Positions 24,601-38,561 of a DNA stretch of 60,248 nucleotides are shown here, piece by piece. Made by a program: the position numbers and the translations under genes. This DNA is from Chiloscyllium plagiosum (lineage: Eukaryota): positions 44,954,083 through 45,014,330 of the forward strand of contig NC_057718.1 in NCBI RefSeq assembly GCF_004010195.1, read 5' to 3'. Position 1 is the stretch's first letter; each line of letters begins with the position of its first letter. The notes under the pieces were generated by a model that was given only the letters and a program-made list of their open reading frames with translations, was not told the origin of the DNA and did not search any database.

Positions 24601-27395
24601 TTGCAAATGGTGAGATGCTGGGGAGGACACACATGTAAGTATTAAGCTAAGAGCCACAATCATCATGAGAACCACAAGCGACATTAGGTTTTTTTTGGCA
24701 TTTTACATGTGGCTGCACAGTTAGCAGATTTTAGTGACAATCTCTTTAGTGAATCAAAGACGTCTCAAGCCTAGGTCCATATGAAGTTGAAGTGAAAGAA
24801 TTGCTTCCTAAAAATACTGAGAGATTATGAAGTCTTGTTGTGAACCCTTCTCTCCCCTCTTCTTTCTTGCAACTTGTCCTGCTGTACATGATGTCTCTTA
24901 ATTCTCCCAGTTATGCCATTAGAACAAGACCCACAAGTTATCCGTGCCTGGAGGTAACTTGTTTTAGCACAGCCTCAATGTGAACTGACGGGTGCATAAG
25001 CACCAGCCAGGTTACTCTCTGTAAATTATTCAAACTTTAGGCTAGTTTAGCAAAACTACAAAAAAATGCACACAATTGCACCAGTGGCTTGAACAAATAA
25101 TCCAGCATCTAACTGTAAGTACTCACGATGTCTTCAGTTAATGCTAGTTTTGAAAGTAGGGTGGTGAAGGGGTAGAGGTATTGCTCTGCATGCTCTTAGT
25201 ATATGGAGGTGAACTAGGAAAATCATGTTTGTAGTGAATTGCAAGAAAAGGAATTTGTGGAATGTTTATAAGATGTCTTTTTGGAATAACTTGTGGCAGA
25301 GCCCACTAGAGAACAGGCAATTCTGGATTTAGTGTTGTGCAATGAGGCAGACTTGATAAGGGATCTTAAGGTGAAAGGACCCTTAGAAGGCAGTGATCAT
25401 AATATGATTGAGTTTACAGTGTAATTTGAGAGGGAGAAGGTAGAATCAGAGGTAACAGTACTGCAGCTGAATGAAGACAACTACAGAGGCATGAGGGAGA
25501 AGCTGGGCAGAATTCACTGTGAAAGGAGCCCAGCAGGAAAGACAGTGGAACAACAATGGCAGGAGTTTGTGGGAGTAACTCAGGATACACAGCAAAAATT
25601 CATCCCTAGGAAAAAGGTTGCATAGTGTAGGGAAGATGAGGCAACCATGGCTGACAAGGGAAGTCAAGAATAGCATAAAAGCAAAAGAGAAAGCATACAA
25701 TGTGGCGAAGGGCAGTGGGAAACCAGAGGATTGGGAAGCTTACAAAGATCAACAGAGGACAACAGAAAAAGAAATAGGGCTGGAAGAGAATAAATGTCAG
25801 GGTAAGCTAGCTGGTAATATAAAGGAAGACTGTAAGTGTTTCTTTAGATATATAAAGGCCCAAAGAGAGGCGAAAGTGGACATTGGACTGCTGGAAAATG
25901 ACGCTGGGGAGAAGGAAGTGGGAAACAAGGAAATGGCTAAGGAACTGAGTAATTATTTCACAACAATCTTCGCAGTGGAAGACATGAGTAATATCCCAGA
26001 AATTCAAAAGATTTGTCGGGTGTGGGGTGGGGGGGGGGGCGCGGGAGGGGACGAAGAGCTGAATATGGTAAAGGAGAAGGTACTAGAAAAACTGAATGGC
26101 CTGAAGGTGGATTATTCAGCTGGACCAGATGAATTACACCCCAGAGTTCTAAGGGAGAAAGCTAAAGAGATAGTGGAGGCATTCGTGGTGGTTTTTCAGG
26201 AATCACTAGAGTCAGAGAAGGTCACAGATTACTGGAAAATTGCTAACATGACAGCACTGTTTAAAAAAGGAGTAAGGCAAAAGATGGAAAATTACAGACC
26301 AATTAGCCCAACCTCAGTCATGGGTAAGATTTTGGAGTCCATTGTGAAGGATAAGATTTCTGAATACTTGGAAGTCCATGGTAAAAAAGGCAAAGCCAGC
26401 ATGGTTTCATCAAGGGGAGGTCATGCCTGAAAAATCTGCTAGAATTTTTTGAGGAGGCAATGAGCAGGTTAGACCAAGGAGAGCCAATGGATGTTATCTA
26501 CCTGGACTTCAAGAAGGATAACTTTGACAAGGTGCCGCACATGAGGCGGTTCAGAAAGCTAAGGGCCTATGGTGTTAGAGGCAAGGTGCTAGCATGGATT
26601 GAAGATTGTCATGCAAAAATCAGAGAATGGGGATAAAATGGTCTTTCTGAGGATGACAGCCAGTGATAAGTGGTGTTCCACAAGGCTCAGTTTTGGGACC
26701 ACAACTTTTCACTTTATACATTAACAATCTAGATGAAGGAACTGAGGGCATTCTGGCTAAGTTTGCAGATGATACAAAGGTAGGTGGAGGGACAAGTAGT
26801 ATTGAGAAGGCAAGGAGGCTGCTGAAGGATTTGGACAGGTTAGGAAAGTAGGCAAAGAAGTGGCCAGTGGAGTACAATGTGGAAAAGTGTGAGGTCATGC
26901 ATTTTGGTAAGAAGAATAAAAGAATTGACTATTTTCTAAATGGGGAAAACATTCAGAAGTCTGAGAGTTCTAGTCCAGGATTCTCTCAAGGTAAACTTAC
27001 AGGTTGAGTCAGCAGTTAGGAAGGCAGATGCAATGTTGGCATTTATTTTGAGAGGACTTGAATACAAAAGCAGGGATATACTTCTGAGGCAATATAAAAC
27101 TCTGGTCAGACCACATTTAGAGTATTGTGTCCAGTTTTGGGCTCAATATCTCAGGAAGGATGTATAGGCCCTGGAGCATGTTCAGAGAAGGTTCACAAGA
27201 ATGGTGACAGGAATGAAAAGCTTAACATATGAGGAATGTTTGAGGACTCTGGGACAATATTCAATGGAGTTTAGAAGGATGAGGGGGAATCTAATCGAAA
27301 CGCACAGAATACTGAATGGCATGTGCAGAGTGGATGTTAGGGAGATGTTTCTATTGGTAGGAGAAAATAAGACCTGAGGGCACAGCCTTAGAGTA

Positions 27396-27701
27396 GAGTC
27401 ATAGAATCATAGAAATGTACAACATAGAAACAGACTCCTCAGTCCAACCCGTCCGTGCCAACCAGATATCCCAACCCAATCTAGTCCCACCTGCCAGCAC
27501 CCAGCCCATATCCCTCCAAACCCTTCCGATTCATAAACCCATCCAAATGCCTCTTAAATGTTGCAATTGTACCAGTCTCCACCACTTCCTCTGGCAGCAC
27601 ATTCCATACACGTACCACCCTTAGTGTGAAAATATTGCCCCTTAGGTCTCTTTTATATCTTTCCCCTCTCACCCAGGGAAAAGACTTCGGGGACCCAGAA
27701 C
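27396..27701 (-). mobile_element. 3' end of another CR1 family inserted antisense in the CR1
   Basis: (atagaatc) tail; minus RGNIFTLRVVRVWNVLPEEVVE; TSD tagagta at 27389-27395 and 27702-27708. Confidence 0.88.
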
Positions 27702-27826
27702 TAGAGTAAAGGGAAGATCTTTTAGAATGGAGATAAGGAGAAACTTCTTCAGCCAGAGAGTGGTGAATCTATGGAATTCACTGCCATGGAAGCTGTGGAG
27801 GCCAGGTCATTGAGTATATTTAAGAT

Positions 27827-27952
27827 AGGAGAAAGTGAGGACTGCAGATGCTGGAGATCAGAGCTGAAAATGTGTTGCTGGAAAAGCGCAGCACGTCAGG
27901 CAGCATCCAAGGAACAGGAGAATCGACATTTCGGACATAAGCCTGAAGAAGG
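27827..27952 (-). mobile_element. PLE terminal fragment inserted in the CR1 3' end
   Basis: Reverse complement of 11270-11380, with a small inverted piece cctgaagaaggg. Confidence 0.88.
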
Positions 27953-30801
27953 GAGTTATGGGGAGAAAGCGGGAGAATGGGGTTGAGAAACTTATCAACC
28001 ATGATTGAAAGGCAAAGGAGACTTGATGGGCTGAATGGCTTAATTTCTGCTCCTATGTCTTATGGTCTTATTGTCTTATAGTATCATATTCACCTTTTCA
28101 AACTTATAAGCTGGGACATGACATTTGAAAATGGTAACGCCATCATCAAATCAGTATTACATAGTGATTAACATCATAGTGTACCTGTTCTGTATGTTGC
28201 TAGTGCTCACTGGGCATATGTTCCCATGCATAAATCCTTCAAAAGATGATACGGCATTTCTAAAATCTGCATACATCTTGGACGTAATCTTTAACTGTTA
28301 TGAAGTCAAATAGCATCAAATAGCCCAACTTCTCCCCTAATCTGTGGTACCAATGCTGATTTAGGTATTAATAGGACACCAAATAGTACCATGTAATATT
28401 TTGGATTCACATGAAATCACAGTGTAGCACTTCCTTAATATTGTCGTGGAGTTTTAAGCACAGATTATGAGCTCAGGTCTACAGAATGACACTTGAGGTT
28501 ATGAAACTTGCAATAATTGATACTGTCATGAGGATACAAAATATGGATGGCTACCTTTTGGAACCTATTATCAGATTTAATATCTGTAACTTTCACAAAC
28601 TGAAATGGTTTTGCAAAGGGACCAAAAGCATTGATTCTCAATAGGTTAGCCAAGTTTCACAAACCAACCTAGATTAGATGGCCACCTCCCCCACTGCAAA
28701 GATTCTCTGTGATTTATGCCATTACGAATATATTCGCAGTTTGGAAATGGAACTTTGCGTGCAATTACCAAACAACAGGGCAGCCAGGGAATATGCAAAT
28801 TGTTGTTATTTCAAGTGGCATTCAAGTTGGAATAGCACAGGCGATGGAGTTCAGACAGCAGAACTGAAACAGGCTGGAGAAGGCACTCTCTCTGTCACAT
28901 CTCAAAAAGAAGAGCCTGGTGACAATACTGACTAGAAAGAAACATCAGAAAGGCAAGAACTCAAAAGGCAACTGCAACATTTGCTCCTGCTTTGAGTCTG
29001 AGAACCCATCTAACCAATGTGGTCTCAGGTTAAAACCTTCTGCCTCAAAGACACCCAAGGCATACTAAATTGTATGTTCTTTTATCTGCTGTTTGTTCAT
29101 GTATGTGCTTGTCTGTCTAGTGGACTTCATAGAGGTTGTATGCTTGACATTGAATGTTTATAATTTTTCGTGGGGTTAACAAGTAACAAAATTGCTCTTT
29201 TGTGCACTCAAGAACACTTGTAATTGGTTCTGAAAACTCTCAACAGTTATCGTTATAGGTTAATCACAAAAAATGCACTGTCAGCATTCCTATAGTTCTT
29301 TAAGTTTTTTCTCCCTTTTAAGACTGTTCTCACTGATCAAGACTGGAACCAACTCAGAACACTAGCCATTCATAGATCAATTGATCCTGCTCAAGTAATG
29401 CTATAAAGCAGAGGTTAATCAAAGATGGGGTTGCAACATGGAAGGGGAAATTCTTTGAGCTGCAGCACTTTTGAGTGCAAGTCCTTGGTTTAGATATTAC
29501 ATTAGTGCATTTACCCCCACAGCATTGTTAGCAGTACACATATACAAAATATGCCCTTTTGAGTTCAGACTTAAAGATTTCAAAGTTTAAGCATTCCTTA
29601 AAATTATTAACATTTCCAGATAACTGTTTAGCCCGCCATTTACATTCCACTTCTTTGCTAGAGCAGTTCACAAATAATATGATTCCACCATTCACTCTCC
29701 ATGGCATCTGTGCTTACCTCCACATATTGAAAGATGTTCTGATATCTGTTTCAAATACCTCTCTCGTAAAATTTCATGCCACCCCCCCTTCCCCAACAAC
29801 TCTCTTCTACATGTTTCTGCTGTCTCAAAGGAAATTTCTTATCTCAGTACCACCTCTCCAACCAGAGGAAATCATCTTTCTCTGTTCACCTTATCAAAAC
29901 TCTTCATGAAGCAAAAATCAGTTTTAAACCTTCTTCTGCTTTTCTCTGCTCCACTGGAAATAATTTCATTATCTCAAGTGCTTCTTCTATCATACTTTTC
30001 TACCCTTTGCAGTGAATGATCCGTGAATCTACGCTCTGTTGGCTTTGCCCATAATACCCTTCCTTTAAATAAAAATAATAAATTTGTACAAGAAATCATT
30101 CAGCTTCAGTACTCCACATGTGTCATAATCATTACCTTGAACAAATTTAGCATGACATTAATTATTTGTACCTTATGGCCCATTTATAAAATCAAGAGTG
30201 AACAATTCATCCAAAAGGACTTGCAACTGAAGGGAATTATTTAATTGATATCCACGTCTCATCAGATATCAATATCTTTCAACATGTGTCGCTGTATATA
30301 TTCTATTCCTTTAAAAATACACTGAGCACTGGATTCTGGGTTATACCACTCCCAACACTTGATCCAATTTAAATCTTTTCTGTTCATCAACCAATTTACA
30401 AATATATTAATATATTCTTTAATTTTATATCAAATTTTATGCCTTCTGTAGCTTCATAACATGCCACATCTTATGGATTATTGGTTTACTTAGCCACATA
30501 TGCAATAAAATCTCGTAAATGTATCAAAAACATGACAGGGAATAAATTGGCCACCTAGCATCCATTTTTCAGGTATTTCTTATCACCACAAAAGAGCGAG
30601 AAGATGATATACGTTTTTGTGGGCAGTACAGGACTCCCAGAGTGTGAGGCTCAAAGATGTTGCTTCATAAAATGTATGGTCCCAAAATTGTATTAGATTC
30701 TGGGTATAAATCAAAAAAGATTTGCCTTTTGAGAAATGAAAGTAGTTGAGGAAGTCAGTTCCTCCATTGGAATTTGTTTGGTGGAGTAGGACATTTCTAT
30801 A

Positions 30802-31862
30802 GGCAAAAGTGAGTACTGCAGATGCTGGAGATTAGAGTCAAGATTACAGTGATGCTGGAAAAGCACAGTAGGTCAGGCAGCATCTGAAGAGCAGGCAAAT
30901 CAATATTTCCAGCAAAAGCCCTTCGTGAGGAATGAGGCTGGGAGCTTCAGAGTGGGGGGCAGTGAGATAAATGGGAGGGCGGTAGGCCCTGGGGGGAAGG
31001 TAGCTGAGAGTGCAATAGGTGGATGGAGGTGGGGTAAAGGTAATAGATCGGAGAGGAAATTGGAGCAGATAGGTGGGAAGGAAGATTGACAGGTGGAGCA
31101 GGTCATGAGGAAGGTGCTGAGCTGGAAGGTTGGAAATGGAGTAAGGTGGGGGGAACAGAAATGAGGAAACTGGTGAAGTCTACATTGGTGGGCGTCAGGT
31201 GGTAAGGGAGTGGCGATGGAGCTGTGGGTGATGTTCTCTGAAGCGCTCTATGAGTGCATGTCCACATCGATCAAAGCTTCACCTGCATTTCCACACATAT
31301 CATTTACTGTATCCATTGCTCTGGATGCGGTCTCCTGTACATTGGGGAGACTGGAAGCCTACTCACAGAGTGCTTCAGAGAACATCTCCAGGACACCCGC
31401 ACCAATCAACCCCACTGCCTCGCGGCCAAACACTTCAACTCTCCTTCCCACTCTGCCGAAGACATGCAGGTCCTGGTCCTCCTCCTTCGCCACTCCCTCA
31501 CCATGCGATGCCTGAAGGAAGGATGTCTCGGAACCCTTCAAACCCATGGCATCAATGTGGACTTCACGGGTTTCCTGATTTCCCCTCCCCCCACCTTACC
31601 CCAGTTCCATCCTTCCAGCTCAGCACCATCCTCATGACCTGTCCCACCTATCAATCTTCCTTCCCACCTACCACTCCACCCTTCCCTCCGACCTATCACC
31701 TTTACCACTACCTCCATCCACCTATTGCACTCTCAGCTACATTCCCCCCAGGCCCATCACCCCGCCCCCCCCCAACCTCCCGAGGCTTACTGCCTCATTC
31801 CTGATGAAGGGCTTTTGCCTGAAATATTGATTTTCCTGCTCTTCGGATGCTGCCTAATCTGC
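30802..31862. mobile_element. PLE with inverted arms and GIY-YIG endonuclease relic
   Basis: + frame 31254: FTCISTHIIYCIHCSGCGLLYIGET...FREHL...AKHFNSPSHS. 30880-31190 is inverted relative to 31550-31860. Hammerhead motif CTGATGA-A-GGGC-tttt-GCCT-GAAA at 31801-31824. Confidence 0.9.
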
Positions 31863-32380
31863 ACTACTCTATGTCAGAGAAATGTCAGTAGTTCCCAGGA
31901 ATTTGACACAGTTTGTTTCCATGAGTAGCCTACACTATAATTCATGTCAACCGAGAACTAGCATTGAGAACTTCAATTAACTTTCATTTTAGAACTAACA
32001 GATCCCTCAGGAGCTTTGGTTGAATATTATTTCATTCATTCTCCTTACCTCAAAAGAAGGAAAGGTGAGACCGACATCTTTTATGAGTTTAGCACATGCT
32101 AAATAGTAATACCACCAATAAAAGGAGGAAGTTAATCCAGGCTTTGGGAGTCTCGCCAGCTGGCGGGAGATCCAGTGAATACCCTGCATTGCCTCTCTTA
32201 GTGAAGACCCTTCATACTAATTGCTATTCTGGCACTTATGTAGTCTGTGACAGGCATCTATAGATTGGCTTTCAATAGCAACATCCATCCCTGAACTCCT
32301 TCTCATGCCAGGTTGCACAGTAAAGCACTGAGTGCTAAACCCTGTCCCCATACCTGAGAGACACAATCAAACCTGATAGA

Positions 32381-32640
32381 GATTCCCGCCACAGGCGACT
32401 GTCTGTGTGGAGTTTGCACATTCTCCCTGTGTCTGCATGGGTTTCCTCCGGGTGCTCCAGTTTCCTCCCACAGTCCAAAAATGTGCAGGTTAGGTGAATT
32501 GGCCATGCTAAATTGCCCGTAGTGTTAGGTGAAGGAGTAAATGTAGGGGAATGGGTCTGGGTGGGTTGCGCTTCGGCGGGTCGGTGTGGATTTGTTGGGC
32601 CGAAGGGCCTGTTTCCACACTGTAAGTAATCTAATCTAAT
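32381..32640 (+). mobile_element. 5'-truncated HE1 V-SINE
   Basis: V-domain and gtaagtaatctaatctaat tail, close to the 3473 copy. Confidence 0.9.
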
Positions 32641-35600
32641 TTTCTTTTGTGCTCACTGCACAACCCCATTAAAGAGCAATGACAGTAGAATCACAAGGGC
32701 CTTAGTTGGCATTGGTACTGGAATACTATCTTTGGACTTTCTCACTCCAAGGAAGAGTTGAAAAAACACTAGCTTCACACCTAAAGTCGCTCAGAGAAGG
32801 GCATTAAATTTCACCCACAAGGAAGGACTCACCATCGACTCAACCACGGCTCCCACAAACATACTCCCCACTCCCACTTGAATTCAAACATAACCCCCAA
32901 ACCCCAAAGGACCTGACAACCCACCACTTAAATCTGATATCCCCAACCTAAATCCTTGGGACTCCAATTGCCTCCGATAACCTTCCTACCTACTTCAACC
33001 TGAAACCCACTAACCCAGCTCACCATGAACCCAATCTCTTCACGATCCCCTCAACACCCCACCGCCAATCTGACCTGAATAGATTCTCCCCCCGCTCCTT
33101 CCACCTATCTTCCAAAAGATCAGATTCACCCTAGGAGCCTTGATTCAACCCAGTGCCCTGACTCCTTCACCCAGTTACCTGGCACCCAAACTCCATCACC
33201 CCAAGTATCCATCAAGCAGCTGATTCTTTACACTTGTTGGCCTGGATCTGTACTCCCTCTTCCCTCTCAACTGGTATATCTCCTTCACTCAACTGCTAAC
33301 CTATTAGCTCACTCACATGATCATCCTACCCTTCACCCCACCCACAGACACTATATCACTTAACTTACATTCTTTTCTCAGTAACTTTCAAAGTGATTTG
33401 ACCTTTAAACCAGAGTACGGAACTTACTGCCGAATGAGAGGATGTGGGAACTGATCTTTAGTGCAAAGGTACCTTGTCAGTAAAGGACTTGACACCAATC
33501 CTGGGAACAATAAAGCAGATGTTTGTTAAAGGGATGATTAGCAATTAGTGTGCCTGTCAGTGTTAAGGAGAATGTATGATATTCGTGGATAATGCTTCAT
33601 GTACTGTTCTCTCCTAACAATAGTTAGCTGCTTCGAAGTTAGCAAGTTGTTGCAGAGGCTTTGAGCACTACTTAAACATATCATGCTTATCTTTTATTAC
33701 TTGTTTACTTTAGTATGTTTGAAAGAAATCAGGAGACACTTGGAGTCACTTTATCTAGACTTTTTCAACACTATCAGCATTTTATTCATGAACAATTCTG
33801 AGCCCTTTCCCTAAGGAGGATAGGTGCTGTGGTCCAGTACCTTATTTGACATCTTATGGCAGTCACTAGGAGGATATTTGATTGTGTATATCTTACTTAG
33901 TCTACATGAGTAATGGGTGCAGCCCAGCAGACCCACGTTTGGCAGACCCAATGGAAGAGAGTGGGGGCGCAGGAGGAAAGTTGATCTCCTTAACCCTTAA
34001 ACATCCTTCCTCCTCTGGGCAACAGCCAGCCGGATCTCCAGCCTTAGTCCCTAGGCATCTTGAAATGTGTGACATCCACGATACTGCACATTCTTGACAG
34101 AGATGGGTGACTAAACCCCCATTTACTGTTTCACAGAGATCCTTATGTGTTAAACCTGCAGATGTTTTAGCATCTCTTGACAAGTTTAAATTATGGTAAT
34201 ATGTAATTGGGACCATGCTAAACTAAACTTCCAAACAGATATGTATTATTAACACAATACTCATTTAGGACCTGTTTTCACCTCTTCCTCATAGTAATCC
34301 CCACTGAATGACAGCTAGAAAGGTCCTATAGAAACTCATGCCACTTGTCTTTGATATAATTTGGACAGAAGAATTTCAAAGGGTACAGCCCACTGCTGAG
34401 ATGTGATTCATTTCTTACAAAGTAATTGGATCAGGTTATGGCTAAATTGCTGAAGTACTTTGTAAGAAAATAAAAAAGCACCATGAGTGGCAGTGTAAGT
34501 GTACTTATAAATTAAGTGCCGACCTTTCATAAAAACAGGTTAAAAGTGAATTCAGTCAATTTTAACAAAATCCAGCTTTTTGAGAGGAACAGTTATCGAT
34601 TGAGTAATCTGAGATCTTAAATGAAAAACTATGCAGAAGAAATAACTTTAAATCAATGCCCTAGATTCCAGTTTTGATGAAAGTGCAATGCTACTTGGCT
34701 GCATGAACCAACTGTAGAGGATTGTTCTCGTAACATTAAAGAGAATTTATTTGGATGAATTGTTCTTGCAATTCTAAGTATGTAAGAATTAGGAGCACGA
34801 GTAGGCCATCTGGTCCCTCATGCCAGCATTATTGATCAATAACATTATGACTATATTGCCATAACTGCACTTTTACACCCTATCCCCATATCCATTGCTT
34901 TCTTTAGAGTCCAAAATCAATCAATTAATCTCAGACTTGAATACACTCAATTGTTTTTTTTTAATTCATTCACAGGACTTGGGTGTTGTTGGCACGGTCA
35001 GTATTTATTATCACTTATTGCCCTAAACTGATAGATGCGCTAGTCAATTGCAATGGATAGTTAGGACAGTCAACTGCATTGGTATGCAGTCTCAGGTTGG
35101 AACACCAATTACTGTCTAATTTCCAATTCCTATCATATGGGAGTGTGAAGGTCTGAAAAGCTTCATGCTGAGAAGTGCCTTAAGCACCACTTTTTTGAAG
35201 TCACTCAGACATGTTAGGAGGCATTTAGGGTCTCAAAGCAGTAAGATCTACGACCTGGGTCTTCTTCATTGTCTCTGTAATAATTCCCACCACATTGGTG
35301 TAACTTGTATACTGTTTACTGGCATGCAATAAACTACATTTGTTTAAGTCAAGAGCCTCTTCTCACTGGACAACTAAGTGATTTTCCTCTACACAAATAG
35401 GCTCTTCAGATCCTACCATGAAAGATAATGGAGGGAGCAAATCTATGAGTTAGCTCACACAACACAGTGTGATGAGGATTCATCGTACAACATTTCCCTG
35501 AAAGCAGTTAAATGATCACAATGGCAGCAGCATTATACATATATAACACATTCAATGAAAAACAATTCAAAGGCTCTGCACAAAAGCTTCACAGTTTATT

Positions 35601-35786
35601 TTTAATTTTACTTAGAAGACTTAAGTTTTGAAGAATTGTGTGAAATGTATTGTTTTCAAGTTGTATGGAAAAAATTGACATTTCCGTTCTGATGAAGATA
35701 GTGAAGAGTGAATGTACTGTATTCCTTCATATTTCACTTAATACGTGATCTTTATATCTTCTCATGTGCAATATGCACATTGCCAG

Positions 35787-35838
35787 TGAGAAGTGAACAG
35801 GACGGCTTTAGCATTGGCTTTACTGGCATGAAACTATG
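35787..35838 (+). CDS. Host gene exon C (L-RSEQDGFSIGFTGMKL-C), phase 1->2
   Basis: cacattgccag| acceptor and strong TG|gtaagc donor; 52 nt; only this frame is open. Confidence 0.65.
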
Positions 35839-37971
35839 GTAAGCCTTGGTCAGATAGTCTTTCATGTCAAGTTTCTTGAGGAAATTTTCTAGAGGAACTT
35901 ACAATGTATATACCATCTTGCCCACACTGGAACTTAGCAGGAGTAACAAATGCATAACACTTTCTAAGCTTGCTTTAGCACCAAGTGAATTTCCCAGCTC
36001 TCTTTAAAAGAAAGAAGAAAAATGTAAATATTGCTGAAAAGAATGACATATTGCCAAAACTTTTCATATTACACAAATGGAAGAAACTCAAATGTTAAAT
36101 GGTCATAACAATTTAAACTGTAGGAAAAAGGTGTTGATTAGTTAGCAGGTTGACTCTGTTTAGCCAAGGTATTTTCATGGAGAAAGCACTCAAACTAAAT
36201 ATTTCCCATAATACTGTGCAATTCAAAAAAGGTGCAAGGCTTCTATATGTTCCTTTTGCTTTCAGAGTATAGGTTCCTGAATATAAATGTATGACTCTTA
36301 TAGGAAATCTAACTGAGTCTCTACACATTATCTTAAAATGGTTTTAGTGTTTTTGTAAACACATTCAGGCTTTTCAGCAAACATTACACAATTGCTCTCA
36401 AAAGCCAAAACAAAACATTTACTATTGGATGTGATTCTGTAATCGGTAATATTCAAGTTCTGTACTACTGAAAGTGAGACTTGCAAATATATATCTCCTT
36501 TCATGACCACAGTATGTTCTAAAGTACTTTACAACCAGTTGCATTGTAGTCACTATTGTAATGTGGGAAATTAGAAGACACATTTATTGCCATTTAATTA
36601 AGTCATATCCAGGCTGCATTTTAGTTGTTATTCCATAAATTTCATGGCTGCCTGAACTGGGCCATAAACATTGAGTGCAGTCATCACCTTCACAGCCACA
36701 AGGAAAGCTGTAGGATCACATGACCATTTACAGCAGGTCACCATGTAATAAATAAAAGTGCTATCCCATTGTCTCTTTGGTGAACAAACTCATCTTCTGC
36801 ATATCTCTTTGGGTGTGACTTATGTATTACGTCTCTATTACACATATACTCTTTGGGAAAATTGGTGTTAGTATCAATTGGAATCCATTGTCTTTACAAA
36901 ACTAGGCCCATAAGGCACAATATTTGTGTTCCTGACAATGGAGTGAAGTAGACGTAGCAGGCAACGGATTTTCTAGTGGCACTACTCTATCAGAAGCAAT
37001 GAGTAGCAAGTCCAGATCAGTGAAGGCAGAATGACAAAATCAGAACACTAAAAAAATGATTCACAGCTTCAGAGATTGCTACTCAATTTCTAAACTCTTC
37101 AACATACAGACTCCAACTGGGTTAGTTAATTCTGGCACCAACTGTGCTTTTTAATTCTCGGTGAAAGTTATCCTAAATGCCTTATGAGTGTAAAACCATG
37201 GAACTCAGAGCTGTTCTATCAATATGCCTCATTACAATTACTCGTGCAATTTATATATTATAACATGTAAATTGATTCAGGATACATTTCAGCCAGAGTA
37301 ACCTCCTTTCTGTTCTGAACGAGTACCAAGGGATCTTTTACATGCATCTGACAACACAGATGGAGCCTTGATTTAACATATTATTTAATAAACAGCTCCT
37401 CAATCAGTGCAGTAGCCCTTTTATTGATGTCTAAAATACTGCCAAATGAGTCTTAGGTGCAAGATTAGAGAAGATTCACTTTTCACATTTGGACTGTTTG
37501 TGGGTAAGCATATAGTATCCATTGGACTTCACTGATCTTGTAACTAATAAGCCTTATTGAGTGCGGATTTCGACAATACATAGGGAGATGGTGACATAAT
37601 GCTCATGTCACTGGAATAGTAATCAAGAGATCAAGGCTAATGCTGCAGTACCAGTGCATCTCATGGAATCTAAAGGTTAATTTTAAAACATCTGGAATTG
37701 AAAACGAGTTTCTGCGATGGTGCCATGAAACTATCACTGACTGTTGTAAGAAAAAAGCCATCTAACACTAAAATCCTAAGACCCTCTGACAGAGCATAAT
37801 TGGAAAAATAGCCACAACAGCCTGATAGTTACTCAGTACAATTAAGCCATGACAGCAAAGTCAAAAGGAACTTAGGCACTAGAAACAACCCAGCACCCAG
37901 CTATCAATGCTGCAATGCCTGCCTTATCAGCGTACAGGAAATTGTGCCAAAATTGGGAGATACATCTCACC

Positions 37972-38102
37972 TGCTGAAAATGTGTTGCTGGAAAAGCGCA
38001 GCAGATCAGGCAGCATTGAATGCTGCCTGACCTGCTGCACTTTTCCAGCAACACATTTTCAGCTCTGATCTCCAGCATCTGCAGCCCTCACTTTCTCCTC
38101 GA
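37972..38102 (+). mobile_element. Fold-back PLE terminal fragment with perfect 14-bp TSD
   Basis: 45-bp arms at 37973-38017 and 38019-38063; TSD agatacatctcacc at 37958-37971 and 38103-38116. Confidence 0.92.
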
Positions 38103-38428
38103 AGATACATCTCACCGACTAGTTAGGCAACAGCCTAAAAAGCCATACTTACCAAGTTGTATCACATAATGTCCCAGATACCATCACCATCCCTTGCTAT
38201 GTTCTATCCCACTGGATCAACAGACCCAATAGAAGGGCTGGTGGCACAAAGATATACAGTTACAGGGAAGTTGGCTTTGGTCTTCATCAGTAACCTAGGA
38301 CCTCACCAAGACGAAAAGAGTGAGGGGCCTCAGTTCATGAAAGGGTAAACACAGACGCAAATGGTGAAATTTTTATAATGAATACCTGTTTGAATATTTG
38401 GTTTTAGTATGGAACTTTAGTCTGAATT

Positions 38429-38560
38429 AAAGCAAATTACTGCGGATGCTGGAATCTGAAACCAAAAGAGAAAATGCTGGAAAATCTCAGCAGGTCTGGC
38501 AGCATCTGTAAGGAGAGAAAAGAGCTGACATTTCGAGTCTAACTGACCCTTTGTCAAAGC
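38429..38560 (-). mobile_element. PLE terminal fragment with 12-bp TSD
   Basis: TSD ttagtctgaatt at 38417-38428 and 38561-38572; ctgcggatgctggaatctg...caggtctggcagcatctg body. Confidence 0.88.
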
Positions 38561-38561
38561 T
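38523..38561 (-). ncRNA. Minimal hammerhead motif with U3-A8 core variant
   Basis: Reverse complement aGCT-TTGACAA-A-GGGTC-agtta-GACTC-GAAA-T-GTC^-AGCt. Confidence 0.7.

Larger units (their letters stand above)
25230..28075 (+). mobile_element. CR1 LINE ORF2 (EN C-terminus, RT, 3' UTR), decayed, with two nested insertions
   Basis: [68 protein letters not shown]; tail (tcttatgg/tcttattg). Confidence 0.95.

Noticed and set aside
24570..24634. Exon-like segment ending in gtaagt
   Set aside because: Weak pyrimidine tract, and its phase does not fit between exons B and C in the preferred frame.
26018..26050. Poly-Gly coding or G-quadruplex signal
   Set aside because: A G-run expansion inside a dead CR1 ORF, with no evidence of function.
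32860..33360. C/A-rich stretch suggestive of an array
   Set aside because: Low-complexity sequence with no regular repeat unit or spacers.
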